Below are positions 1 to 10,053 of a DNA stretch of 64,000 nucleotides, piece after piece. How positions within the stretch are numbered: the first letter of the stretch is position 1; the number at the start of each line of letters is the position of its first letter. The stretch covers positions 512,001 through 576,000 of the forward strand of contig OZ223236.1 in the NCBI GenBank assembly GCA_965140445.1, in the 5' to 3' direction. Below the pieces are notes generated by a model. That model saw only the letters and a program-made list of their open reading frames with translations, was not told the DNA's origin and searched no databases. The translations under genes and the position numbers were made by a program. Source of the stretch: Candidatus Ozemobacteraceae bacterium. GTDB lineage: Bacteria > Muiribacteriota > Ozemobacteria > Ozemobacterales > Ozemobacteraceae.

Positions 1-2023
1 CCGCCGCAAATTGTTTAACTTTTAGAAACGGGCTATACAGAAAAATTTCATTTTGATTTATCAGGTGTAGCTGAAAATTAGAGCTCATGGAAGATTGAAT
101 AAAGGATCTAAGCCGTTTGCCTTTTTGACTGCGGGCAAAGTTTTGAGTTTGCGCTGGAATGGTTTGATAATTTCCTGTTTCATTCCTTCTTATGGCTAAG
201 AAGTTTCCCTTGTTGTTTTCGTTTAAGCTTAAAAATTCTTCATTTAAGAAATCTCTGGTTATTTTATGCAGGTTTATGCCAACAGCTAAATATGCGCTGA
301 TTTTTTGAGAATCCATTAAAAAGCTGGTGTAAAAAAGGGATTTATTGGAGCTTGAAAACTGAAAAGAGGTAACTCTTTCCAGAGAAGTCAAAAATACATC
401 TTCGGGAAATGAGAAATAGCTTTGGTTGAATGCCTTTTTATGTCTTATCTGCTCTGGAGATAAAAAGATTTCTTTATATCCATTAGTTCCACTTGCAATT
501 ATTGAATGAAGACAGTTTGCAGAAACGACGTAGTAATCCAGATGAGGTTTTGCGATCCCCTCATATTCTTTTCGAGAAGTTTTATAAAAACTTTTGTGAC
601 CAGGTTTCATTATAAAGAGAAAAGAAAGGTCAAAATTGCCCTTTTTAGTTAACTCCAACAGCCTTTTAAAGGCTTTTTCATTGTCTTTTTCACTATCTGA
701 CTGGCAGTAACTTTGGAATATTTTATCTTCAAAGCTTTGATTTAAAAGGTTTTGAAGTAGCGGTACAAGTGTTTCGTATTTTTCGTTGATTGCACCAATT
801 TTGTTTAAAGCGGCATCAATTCTTCGATTTACTTCGATTTCCTTGTTCTGTGAAATTTGGGTAATTCCCATATAAAGCATAAAAGAAACCGGGAGAGTGC
901 CTGTCAGAAAGAACAGTAGTTTGAAAGAGTAACTCAAACTTATTATTGTTCTGGATTTTCCAAACATTTTGCTAAAGAAAAAGATAATCCAGGCTAGTGG
1001 CAGAAAAAGAAAAATGCTTGAGGGTTTAAAAGCAGAAAATTTCTTGTTTTGGATTTTTTTGGAAAAAATAGCTAGAGAATAGGTTGTTTTAAGAGAAATG
1101 TAGTCCAGGTAAACAAGATAATCGCCTTCCGAGAAAATTTTTCGAATATTTTCCTGTTTGTCTTCTTGCCAGTATTTACGCAGAATTTTGCTTATTTTGT
1201 ATTTTTCCTCAGGGTTTTTTTCTATTTCAGCGGGAAGGATAGGAGAAAATTGGTTTGATATTTTTTTGGATTGAAAAAAGGTTGCAGCAAAGGTTTTTCT
1301 ACTTTGAGCTAAACTACTGTTGGCATGATTTTTAAGCCCTTCTGCTACATTACTAATGTAACTTTCATCAAAAATGGCAATCAACCCACCTGTTCGTTTT
1401 TCTCCCTTTTTAAAACTTTTCCATATTGCGAAAGCTTTTTGCCCTGAAAAATTAACCGGAGTAACTATTCCTTCACGTTCTCCGGCAAAAAATTCGGGCG
1501 CAGAATTTTCACCAAAAATTCCTGAAAGTAGCTTGGTATACTTGTTGAGAATTTTAGAGTCCCTGCTTTCCCAATTGTCAGCAATTTCACATAGCCCTGT
1601 AAAGGCTTTCTCCATTATTCGGCGATTTCTTTTTTCAAAATTTTGGTGTTTTAGCAGAGTTGGCTTTCCATTTTTAAAAATGAAAGCCCAAACCTTAGTT
1701 TTACTTAAGCTATTTGGTGGGAGAAGCCTGGTTAGAGAAGTATTCAGGTAAAATTCTGGATTTTTGGATTTAGTCCAATCCTGCTTTAATAGTCTCTCAT
1801 CTGTTTTTTGAATTCCCAGCTGAATTTGAGAAGCAATGGAAAATGAGTTGCGAATTCTTGAAATGGTGAATTCTGCTTTGTTTTTCCAGTTTTGTTTTTG
1901 AATCAATAACTGATTGGATTCAATTTTTTTTTCTGCCAGAGAAATTATTCCAAAGAAAATCAAACAAAAAAGAATGGGTACGAAAAGTACGTAAAGATGT
2001 CTAGTCCCAATAATTTTTTGCAT
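1..2023 (-). CDS. Large membrane sensor, paralog of the cyclase at 5017-7932; runs off the window start
   Basis: Manual translation from ATG at 2023 gives MQKIIGTRHLYVLFVPILFCLIFFGIISLAEKKIE, which aligns with MQKSSRYRHLYVFLVPIVFCAIFSIILYLAETKIE. The same frame at the window edge reads LYSPFLKVKQFAA (cf. LLAPLQNLKNYVAC). Confidence 0.85.
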   Translation of the reverse strand, partial: MQKIIGTRHLYVLFVPILFCLIFFGIISLAEKKIESNQLLIQKQNWKNKAEFTISRIRNSFSIASQIQLGIQKTDERLLKQDWTKSKNPEFYLNTSLTRLLPPNSLSKTKVWAFIFKNGKPTLLKHQNFEKRNRRIMEKAFTGLCEIADNWESRDSKILNKYTKLLSGIFGENSAPEFFAGEREGIVTPVNFSGQKAFAIWKSFKKGEKRTGGLIAIFDESYISNVAEGLKNHANSSLAQSRKTFAATFFQSKKISNQFSPILPAEIEKNPEEKYKISKILRKYWQEDKQENIRKIFSEGDYLVYLDYISLKTTYSLAIFSKKIQNKKFSAFKPSSIFLFLPLAWIIFFFSKMFGKSRTIISLSYSFKLLFFLTGTLPVSFMLYMGITQISQNKEIEVNRRIDAALNKIGAINEKYETLVPLLQNLLNQSFEDKIFQSYCQSDSEKDNEKAFKRLLELTKKGNFDLSFLFIMKPGHKSFYKTSRKEYEGIAKPHLDYYVVSANCLHSIIASGTNGYKEIFLSPEQIRHKKAFNQSYFSFPEDVFLTSLERVTSFQFSSSNKSLFYTSFLMDSQKISAYLAVGINLHKITRDFLNEEFLSLNENNKGNFLAIRRNETGNYQTIPAQTQNFARSQKGKRLRSFIQSSMSSNFQLHLINQNEIFLYSPFLKVKQFAA

Positions 2024-2116
2024 TATAAAAAGTTTCTCTCGCTGTTTTCTTTCAGAATTATACACTAACAGGGGATTAGATAAAAAGATTAAGAAACAAG
2101 CTGCCCTTAAATGCAA

Positions 2117-5020
2117 TTAGCTGTTTCTGGTTTGTTTTAAAACATAGGCTTCGATACTTTGGGTTTTTCCTTTAACCCTGTTAATTGGTAATTTTTCAGC
2201 TATGTAATCCTTGGAGAGATTGTTAATCATGTTTCCGCTGATTACTATTTCAGCTTTATCCATTTTCAAAGCTTCTGAAGCTAATCTGGCGGCCAGATTA
2301 ACCGGGTCTCCTACAACAGTATGTGCTAATCTGGCTTTTTCAGCTCCCATGACGCCAGAAATTGTTATCCCAGAGTTAATTCCAATTGCCACATCAATGT
2401 TGTAAAGATCGCTCATTTGTTTTTTTATCATAATTGCTGCCTCGACAGGTTTGTTTAAATTTAGGTGTTCCAAGGCAGAGTGTTCAAAAACAATCATGAT
2501 TTTATCTTCAATCATTTTGTCTATTTCGCCGCCGAATTTGGAAACAGAATCTGCGGCAACTGTAAGGTGTTTTTGCATTAGGTCAAAAATTTCAACAGCT
2601 GTTTTATTGTTTTGAAGTTCTTTAAAGTTCATAATGCCTGAAAAAATAATAGTAGCGTAGCTTTGCTTTGCTTTGTCAGAGTAATTTTCATTTCCTGAAG
2701 AAACCTCTCGCAAAACAGATTTTGAGACAAAGCTTTTTAACATTTTCCCCTCGTGAAGCTTTTGAGCCATCTGGTTGAAAGAGCTGGAAATTTGAGAAAA
2801 TTCATCAGGATGAAAGTCATTAATCTGAATGGAATAATTGCCCTTTTTAATTTCATCTGTACCCATTGTGAGTTCTTTGATTGGGGATATGAAAAAGTGT
2901 GCTCCAGACCATGCTATAAGTGTGCCAATCAAAAATAAGCCTGAGACAAATAAAACTACTTTTAACCCAAATTCTGTTCTGAATTTTTGATATTTTTTTA
3001 TTAGTTCAACCCCTCCTATAGCGTAAAATGAATAATCAGAAGGGATAACTTCAATAAACTTATCAAACTCTCCAAAATCAACTTTTTTAGAAGTGGGAAT
3101 TTTTGATTTGAAAGAGTTAGTTAATGCCCCAAATAGTTGCGGAAAATTCTTGGAAACGAAGTTAATTCCCTTTGGATGCAGATCAAAGTCTTTTTCACCT
3201 CCATAGATTATTATCCTTGGTTTATTAGAAATATTGTCAGTAGGAATTTTGCCTAGGCTTCTATTGCTTCTGCCAAAATCCTGATTATAAGTAAAAAAGA
3301 GACTTTTAATATTTTTATAGGTAATTGGAATAGAAACTACAAAATTTTGGCTATAAGCAGTGGTTGTTTTTAAAATGATTTCCCCGTTTTTACGGAATCT
3401 GTAGAAAGACTCGGGGCCAAGTATGTTTAAAAAGAATTCTTGAGCAACTTCAGATTGTAGTTGGCTTTTATTATATTCTTTTTTAGTGTTTCTGATTTCT
3501 TTATTTGAACCATCTAAGGCCAAAATTTCATCAAACCTGTTGCTAAAAATCTTAAGGATTCGATTGTTTTCCTTTTCGGTCACGAATTTAGAGTAGTTTT
3601 TTTTCAGGCTAAACATGGGAGAGTTTTTTGGTTTTATCCAGAGTGTCCTAAAATTTTGTTTAGGGTAAAGAGACGCGTGTCTTTTTAAGAATTTTAGACC
3701 AAAATTTTCAAAATCATAAGAATCTAGATTTTCAGGAATTCTTAGTTTCAGACTATTCAGTATTTTTTCAAATTGGTTGAGTCCTCTTACCGTATTGATA
3801 AACTCTCTTAGGTTATCAAAACTTTCATTATCTATGTTTCTTAGCTCGTTTTTTAATTTTGCTTTTGTATTGTTGCTTGTGTTCAGGTAAGAAGTATTTG
3901 TGAATTCTTCTGCTATATATATTGAGGCAAAAGCTGGTTGGAGAATTAATAAAATAAATATTCCGGGAATCAATTTGCTCAAGTTTAAATCTGGTCCACG
4001 TTTTAATAGGATTTTTTCTGTTAAAACTTTAAAAAGAAAGCATGAAAAAATAAAAGAAAGCCCTAAAAGAATTTGAAGGGCTTGGCTAAAATTATTTTTG
4101 TTTTTCATTACAGAAAATAAAACGATATGCTTTTCAGAATTACTGGTAAAAAATTTGATTTGAGAACCATTGAATTTTAACTTGGTCTTTTCAAACTTGT
4201 TTTTTGAGATTGAACTCTTGATGAATTCCTTAAAATCAGTTTTATCTGAGAAAAATTTAGAAAAAGCTATTTTTCTATTTTTCTTGTCAAAGGCACCCAA
4301 TCCAAACTTTCTTTTGGGCTGAATAGATAATGCATTGGAGATTGAAGCAAATTTATCAAACTTGGTAAGATCGGCCAAAACTAACACTATGGCCAGATTT
4401 TTATCTCTATCCTTTTCTGAAAATAACTTTATCATGCTAACTGCCAGGAATTTACTTCCTTTCTCTGAGGGAATAATTATGTAAGAGGTGGGGTTGGTTT
4501 TTTTTGTATTGAGGAATCTAAAAAAATACCTCTTTTGCTTAGAAAGGCTTGCTAAATCTTGATTTTTTAAAATTACTGGACGTTGGGTTTGAATAAATTC
4601 TTTATTTTGAAGTTTGCTGCAAACTTCGGATAAGCCAAGTTTTTTTCCGCCTTTAATGGATTTTAATTTATTTTCTTCCACCATCAGAATTTCAAATTGA
4701 ACCGGAAAATTGAAGGATTCGCAAAAACCTGCGAATTTTGTTCTAAGTAAATTTTCATATTTACCAGCCTTTTTAATCCATAATGCTTCAGACAAAAACC
4801 TTCTTATTCTGGTGGCTGTTTTATTAAATAGCGAGGCAATCAATTCCTCCTTAGTGTTTATGGGTTTTAAGTCTTGCGAGAAAACCTGCAAAGCTTGTTT
4901 TTTATCTAAAACAATTTGAAATTCGATAGATGTTTTTGCTGCCAGATATATACAAATTGGTGGAAAGAAAATAATTGCGGTCAGCAAAGTCAGCAAGAAT
5001 GTTTTTTTTAAGGCTTTCAT
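2117..5020 (-). CDS. Membrane class III adenylate/guanylate cyclase with HAMP domain (C2-like half: Lys/Thr/Asn/Arg present, first metal Asp lost)
   Basis: TM segments, HAMP (PIKELT...DEFSQISSSFNQM) and cyclase motifs FSGIMNF, DKMIED, HTVVGDPVNLAARL, VKGK. Confidence 0.9.
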   Translation of the reverse strand: MKALKKTFLLTLLTAIIFFPPICIYLAAKTSIEFQIVLDKKQALQVFSQDLKPINTKEELIASLFNKTATRIRRFLSEALWIKKAGKYENLLRTKFAGFCESFNFPVQFEILMVEENKLKSIKGGKKLGLSEVCSKLQNKEFIQTQRPVILKNQDLASLSKQKRYFFRFLNTKKTNPTSYIIIPSEKGSKFLAVSMIKLFSEKDRDKNLAIVLVLADLTKFDKFASISNALSIQPKRKFGLGAFDKKNRKIAFSKFFSDKTDFKEFIKSSISKNKFEKTKLKFNGSQIKFFTSNSEKHIVLFSVMKNKNNFSQALQILLGLSFIFSCFLFKVLTEKILLKRGPDLNLSKLIPGIFILLILQPAFASIYIAEEFTNTSYLNTSNNTKAKLKNELRNIDNESFDNLREFINTVRGLNQFEKILNSLKLRIPENLDSYDFENFGLKFLKRHASLYPKQNFRTLWIKPKNSPMFSLKKNYSKFVTEKENNRILKIFSNRFDEILALDGSNKEIRNTKKEYNKSQLQSEVAQEFFLNILGPESFYRFRKNGEIILKTTTAYSQNFVVSIPITYKNIKSLFFTYNQDFGRSNRSLGKIPTDNISNKPRIIIYGGEKDFDLHPKGINFVSKNFPQLFGALTNSFKSKIPTSKKVDFGEFDKFIEVIPSDYSFYAIGGVELIKKYQKFRTEFGLKVVLFVSGLFLIGTLIAWSGAHFFISPIKELTMGTDEIKKGNYSIQINDFHPDEFSQISSSFNQMAQKLHEGKMLKSFVSKSVLREVSSGNENYSDKAKQSYATIIFSGIMNFKELQNNKTAVEIFDLMQKHLTVAADSVSKFGGEIDKMIEDKIMIVFEHSALEHLNLNKPVEAAIMIKKQMSDLYNIDVAIGINSGITISGVMGAEKARLAHTVVGDPVNLAARLASEALKMDKAEIVISGNMINNLSKDYIAEKLPINRVKGKTQSIEAYVLKQTRNS

Positions 5021-7932
5021 ATTCTCTGTTCCAAACTTGTTAACTCAAAGTGAGGTGGATTTTTCCCATTTTTTATTTCACAAAAACCGCTTTGCAATTT
5101 GGTTTTAAGCAATAAATTTTCTGAAATCATTATTTTGGTGTGTTTGCCATATCTACTTTCTGACTCTAGTTTTTCTGCTTGATATCTCGCTGGTCCAATT
5201 ACCGTAAATTCTGACCTTGTTGCGGTAGAAAGGATTCCAGCCATTACTATTCCATAATCCAGTCCAATGCCTATTTCATAATTAAATAAGTTTGATTTTT
5301 TTCTATCTACTTGTATTTCCTGGTGCCTGACCATCATTTGACGGGCTACATTTAGGGAATTTGCCAGCTTTTCAGTTTCACTGACTGGAAAAAATGCAAC
5401 TATCGCATCTCCTATGAATTGCTCAACCTGTCCGCCATTAGAAATAATTATTTCCACCATTTCTGCAAGATGGGTATTTAGCATTTTTGCAATGTTGTTT
5501 GGGGGATGAAATTCAGAAAGGGTGGTGAAACTGCGAATATCAGAGAATAGAACAACCCCGTTTAAGCTCCTGGCTTCGTTAAAATTTTCCGCAAAACTTG
5601 AATTTTTATCTAAAGTTGTTGAAACAAATTTACCCAGAGTTTGTCTTTCTCTCAAGCCATTGATCATGTTTTTAGTTGAAGTTGCCAAATTTCCCAATTC
5701 GTTATTGTATTTATATTGAAAGCTGGCTTCAAGATCCATCGCAGTTACACGCTTAAAAACATTGGTTAATTGAGTTAATGGTTCAATCATAATGTGAGAA
5801 ATTGATGCTGAAAGGAAGGTGTTGATAGCAACAAGTATGGAAATTAAGAGTAGGAGAAAAATGAATCTGAGGCTGGTCATTTTGTTTATGTCTGCAATAC
5901 TTATGTTTCCGCAAGCAACATAGTTCTTTAAATTTTGAAGAGGAGCAAGGAGCATTACCTGGCTTTTTTCTATAAGGTACATTTGTGACGAAGAATTTAG
6001 ATTAGATTGAACAAATGTTTTTAACTGGCGCCCTTCGAAACTTTTGGAAAAATTTTGAGATTGTTCAGGTATTGGGTTAAAAAGACCAGTCTTACTCTTC
6101 TTTATAGCAAAAAAGTTTCCATTTCCTTGTTTATTTAAATTAAGAAGCTCTGAATACAAATAATTCCTCGAGACTTCTTCCGTGGATATTCCAACCACTA
6201 TATAGGCGGTTATTGTATTTTTTTTATGTATAAAATTCGTGTAATATAAAAAGCGGTCAGTAGTAAAAAGCTGTAATGTGCTTATGTTGTCTAAAGAGGT
6301 TAAAAAAGTGTTGATTGCTGAATCAAAATAATCTTGGTTATAAGAGCTTTTTAGTCGTATTTGATTTTCGCTTAGAACAATTTTCTTATAATCGGGCTCA
6401 TTTTTTGACAAGGCTTCGTGAAGCGCATTTGTTGAAATTAAATAGTAGTCCAATTTTGCTTTAACCGCATTTTCATCTTCTTTTCGAAAAGTTTTAACCA
6501 ATGTTTTTTTGCCCGGTTTTATAAGAAACACAAACGTTATAGCTAAATTCTCCTTTTTTAGTTTTTCAAAAAGTAAGCTGTAAGCAGATTCAAAATCTGA
6601 TTCTTTTTCAGAGTTGCATAGATTTTGAAAATTTTTACTTTTTATCGTTTCACTTAAAATCTGTTGGGTTTTCGGTATTAAACTTTCGAACTTTTCTTTT
6701 ACAGAATTGATTTTTTCGAAAAATGAATTGATTTTTTCATCGGTTTCAATCTGTTTGCTTTGCAGGATTTGAGATGACCCCATATAAAGCATAAGAGAAA
6801 TTGGAAGGGTTCCAATAAAGAAAAATAGTAACCTGAATGAAATTCCCAATTTAAGAATGGAGCCGGAGGAGAAACGCATTTTAAACAAGAAAAAAGTGAC
6901 CCACAGTAGAGGAATGATCAAGAAAATTTTTGACGGCCTTATCCATAAAGGTTTTTTCTTTAAGTTCTTTGATATAACTACTGATAAATAGGAAGATTCC
7001 AGTGAAATGTAGTCAATATATAGCCAGTAATCCCTTTCTTTTAAAGGCTTTCGAAGAAGCTTTGTGTAATCTATTTCCCAGTATTTGCGGATTAGCTTTA
7101 AAACTCGCTGTTTTTCTTTCTTGTTGCGATCTAATTGCTTTGGAATAATAGGAATAAATTCATCTGAGGTTTTTTTGGATAGAAAAAAAGCTGTCCCAAA
7201 TGCATTTTTTTTGTTTTTTAAACTAGCATTTGCAAGGTTTGATAGCCCTACTTTATTGTTGTCGATTAAATTTTCGGGAAATATAGCTATAATTCCCCCA
7301 GTTCTTTTATTGTTTTTTTTGAAACTTTTCCAGATGGCATAAGAGTTTTTACCTGAAAATGTAACCGGGGTTATAAGTCCTTCTCTTGTTCCTGCGAGGT
7401 ATCGAGGAGCGGAGTTATAGCCAAAAATTCCGTTCAAGAATTTCTCTGGCTTTTTAAAAGCTTCCAAGCTTTGATTCTCCCAATTATCTTTGATTTCACA
7501 CAGGTCGATGAATGCCATTTCCATCGCTCTTTTTCTTAGAAATTTAAGACCATTAGCTTTTATAAGGCTTACTTTTCCGCCGATTTTTTTAAATGCCCAG
7601 ATCTGAGCACTTTCAAAGCTTTGTTCTGGAAGATGTTTTTTTAGCAGATCAACAAAGTTTGATCCAGGCGTCTTATCTGAATTCCAATGAGTTTTAGCAA
7701 GATCTTCGCTAAAATTTTGCAAAGCCATTTGAATTTGCAAAGAAATTGAAAAAGAGCTCTTTATTTGGTTTGAATAAAACTTTGCGTGATTTATCCAGTC
7801 ACGTTCTCGGATTTCATTTTGATCCAGTTCTATTTTGGTCTCTGCTAAATAAAGGATTATCGAAAAAATTGCGCAAAAAACTATAGGCACCAGAAACACA
7901 TAAAGGTGCCTGTAGCGGCTACTTTTCTGCAT
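5017..7932 (-). CDS. Membrane class III adenylate/guanylate cyclase with HAMP domain (C1-like half: both metal Asp present, Asn/Arg lost)
   Basis: TM segments, HAMP, FSDIRSFT, EQFIGDA, FTVIGPARYQAEKLE; 4-bp overlap with the downstream cyclase. Confidence 0.9.
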   Translation of the reverse strand: MQKSSRYRHLYVFLVPIVFCAIFSIILYLAETKIELDQNEIRERDWINHAKFYSNQIKSSFSISLQIQMALQNFSEDLAKTHWNSDKTPGSNFVDLLKKHLPEQSFESAQIWAFKKIGGKVSLIKANGLKFLRKRAMEMAFIDLCEIKDNWENQSLEAFKKPEKFLNGIFGYNSAPRYLAGTREGLITPVTFSGKNSYAIWKSFKKNNKRTGGIIAIFPENLIDNNKVGLSNLANASLKNKKNAFGTAFFLSKKTSDEFIPIIPKQLDRNKKEKQRVLKLIRKYWEIDYTKLLRKPLKERDYWLYIDYISLESSYLSVVISKNLKKKPLWIRPSKIFLIIPLLWVTFFLFKMRFSSGSILKLGISFRLLFFFIGTLPISLMLYMGSSQILQSKQIETDEKINSFFEKINSVKEKFESLIPKTQQILSETIKSKNFQNLCNSEKESDFESAYSLLFEKLKKENLAITFVFLIKPGKKTLVKTFRKEDENAVKAKLDYYLISTNALHEALSKNEPDYKKIVLSENQIRLKSSYNQDYFDSAINTFLTSLDNISTLQLFTTDRFLYYTNFIHKKNTITAYIVVGISTEEVSRNYLYSELLNLNKQGNGNFFAIKKSKTGLFNPIPEQSQNFSKSFEGRQLKTFVQSNLNSSSQMYLIEKSQVMLLAPLQNLKNYVACGNISIADINKMTSLRFIFLLLLISILVAINTFLSASISHIMIEPLTQLTNVFKRVTAMDLEASFQYKYNNELGNLATSTKNMINGLRERQTLGKFVSTTLDKNSSFAENFNEARSLNGVVLFSDIRSFTTLSEFHPPNNIAKMLNTHLAEMVEIIISNGGQVEQFIGDAIVAFFPVSETEKLANSLNVARQMMVRHQEIQVDRKKSNLFNYEIGIGLDYGIVMAGILSTATRSEFTVIGPARYQAEKLESESRYGKHTKIMISENLLLKTKLQSGFCEIKNGKNPPHFELTSLEQRI

Positions 7933-8135
7933 AAAAACATCCCAATTTTTTAGCTATAATTATATATTATACATAAAACATGTTATTTCAACTTACAGCC
8001 ATAAGAGACTTGAAGTAATTGTTGTTAAATTTGGGAATTCTCTTGTTCTCTCTTAATTCATTGGCAAACCCTATTGTGAGCTTTGTGAAAATACTTTAAA
8101 CTTAGCAAAAGTTCGAAGTTCTTTTGGGAGGCTTA

Positions 8136-8948
8136 ATGCAAATTCACAGAGATTTTATTTCCAGGGCTACTGTTGTTGCAAAAAATGATGCTAAGTGTTT
8201 GGGACTTGCCGCTGGCGGTTCCTGGATTGGCAGAAAATGTGATGAATTTTCTGATGTGGATTTGTTATACGTTTCATCTGAAAAAGTTTCTAACGATTCT
8301 GAGAGAATGAAAAATTTAGCTTCAAAGTTTGGCACAATGATTAATGCTTTTACTGGTGAGCATATTGGAGACAGAAGAGTTCTAATTTGCATTTTTGACG
8401 AACCCCTGCTTCATGTAGATATAAAATTTTTAACCTTGGAAGAATTCAAGCACCGCGTCGAAGATCCGGAGATACTATTTGAAAAAGATGGCGCTTTAAG
8501 CAAAGTGATTGCTGAAAATAAGTCCAAATGGCCAGAGTTAGATCTTCAATGGATAGAGGATCGTTTTTGGACCTGGATTCACTATGGAGCACTAAAAATT
8601 GGTCGTGGCGAATATTTTGAAACACTGGATTTTTTATCATTTCTCAGATCAACAGTTCTTGCTCCTCTGATGCAGTTAAAGAATGATTGCCTTCCCCGGG
8701 GATTACGTCGTGTAGAACAGAATTTCAGTAAAGAAGATCTAACAAAACTGGAAGAAACAATTGCTGATAACGAGTTGGAATCATTACTAAAAGGCATGCA
8801 AAAGGCAATCGATCTATATCGTGAACTTCGATTGGCAGTTTTTGATGAAAATGTTGCCTTAAGATCAAAAACCGAAGAGAAATGCGTTAAATTTTTTGAT
8901 GAAATAAGAAAGCAAAAGATTGGCCAAATTCCGTCAAAAGTAGAATAG
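8136..8948 (+). CDS. Pol-beta-type nucleotidyltransferase (aminoglycoside/lincosamide nucleotidyltransferase-like)
   Basis: GS...DEFSDVDL motif, HVD third Asp, helical C-terminus DRFWTW...RGE; GGAGG RBS before ATG 8136. Confidence 0.7.
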   Translation: MQIHRDFISRATVVAKNDAKCLGLAAGGSWIGRKCDEFSDVDLLYVSSEKVSNDSERMKNLASKFGTMINAFTGEHIGDRRVLICIFDEPLLHVDIKFLTLEEFKHRVEDPEILFEKDGALSKVIAENKSKWPELDLQWIEDRFWTWIHYGALKIGRGEYFETLDFLSFLRSTVLAPLMQLKNDCLPRGLRRVEQNFSKEDLTKLEETIADNELESLLKGMQKAIDLYRELRLAVFDENVALRSKTEEKCVKFFDEIRKQKIGQIPSKVE

Positions 8949-8997
8949 AAGCTGCCCTAAAAGAGCGGCATAAAGAGCTTCAGATAATTTTTGTTTA

Positions 8998-9552
8998 TCA
9001 GTATTTAGCCCAGTTTTCCTTTGAAAGCGAAAACTCTACATCCAGCTCCTTTGATTCTGGGAATCTTGTGTCTATATATTCTCGTGAAAAAACTAATCCG
9101 GCTTTTTCCATGACTTTTTGAGATGCCAGATTCTTTTTCATAGTGGCGGCAAAAACCTCTTCAACTCCAAGCTCTTCAAACCCCTTTTTGATCAAAGCTA
9201 AACTGCCTTCAGTCGCAAAGCCTTTTCCCCAGTATTCTTTTTTTAGTCTATAGCCTAATTCGATTCTTTTTACATTTTCTGGGTCTTCTTTTGAAGGTCT
9301 GAAGTGAAACCATCCCATAAATTTATCTGATTTCTTTTCAATAGCTGCCCAGAATCCGAATTTACCTGAATGCTTTTTATGCAAGCTTTGTGTCATGGTT
9401 AAAACACGGCGCACATCTTCCATGGAAGATGGTTTCCCATTAGTTAGAAATCGCATTACTTCAGGGTCGTTATCAAGCTCAAAGACGTTTTTATCGTCTT
9501 CCATTGTTATCTCTCTGAGTATCATTCGTTTGGTTTCAAGATATATGTTCAT
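8998..9552 (-). CDS. RimJ/RimL-family GNAT N-acetyltransferase
   Basis: LETKRMILRE, ELGYRL..YWGKGFATE, NLASQKVMEKAG. Confidence 0.9.
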   Translation of the reverse strand: MNIYLETKRMILREITMEDDKNVFELDNDPEVMRFLTNGKPSSMEDVRRVLTMTQSLHKKHSGKFGFWAAIEKKSDKFMGWFHFRPSKEDPENVKRIELGYRLKKEYWGKGFATEGSLALIKKGFEELGVEEVFAATMKKNLASQKVMEKAGLVFSREYIDTRFPESKELDVEFSLSKENWAKY

Positions 9553-9596
9553 AAAAATTTACCCCTGGTAGCTCTGAAGCGCTGATTTTGAAATGA

Positions 9597-10043
9597 TTAG
9601 ATTTCCAGGCTTAAAATGGATTCTTTTATCTGATCCCTGACTTTCCTGTAGCAGTCCAGGACTAATTCTTCTTTAGCCTGTTCTGAAAGGTTGTTAGCGG
9701 TCTCAGATTTTAATGCACTGGCGGCCAGTTTTGGTGGGTCTTCAAACGGCATGTGGATAACATGTGTACAAGTGGAAAAGATTGGGCAGCTTTCTTTTGC
9801 ATTGTCACAAACCGTAACTACATAGTCAAATGTGACCTCGGACAAATCTGAAACCAGCTTTGAGTGCTGATTTGATATATCAACCCCAGCTTCGGCCATT
9901 ACTCTTATAGCCGACTTGTTCATTCCATGGGTTTCTATACCAGCAGAGTAAGGCTCAAAATCAGAGGAGCGCAGGTGCTTGGCCCATCCTTCCGCCATCT
10001 GGCTGCGACAGGAGTTGCCTGTACAAAGAAATAGTATTTTCAT
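9597..10043 (-). CDS. arsC: Arsenate reductase, LMW-PTP family
   Basis: ILFLCTGNSCRSQMAEG, VVTVC...ESCP, FEDP, RKVRDQI. Confidence 0.88.
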   Translation of the reverse strand: MKILFLCTGNSCRSQMAEGWAKHLRSSDFEPYSAGIETHGMNKSAIRVMAEAGVDISNQHSKLVSDLSEVTFDYVVTVCDNAKESCPIFSTCTHVIHMPFEDPPKLAASALKSETANNLSEQAKEELVLDCYRKVRDQIKESILSLEI

Positions 10044-10053
10044 TCGATTTCCT

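Noticed and set aside
2098..8970. AAGCTGCCCT shared by intergenic gaps near 2098 and 8950, as a REP-like repeat
   Set aside because: Only 10 bp in two copies with no conserved palindrome; compatible with chance.
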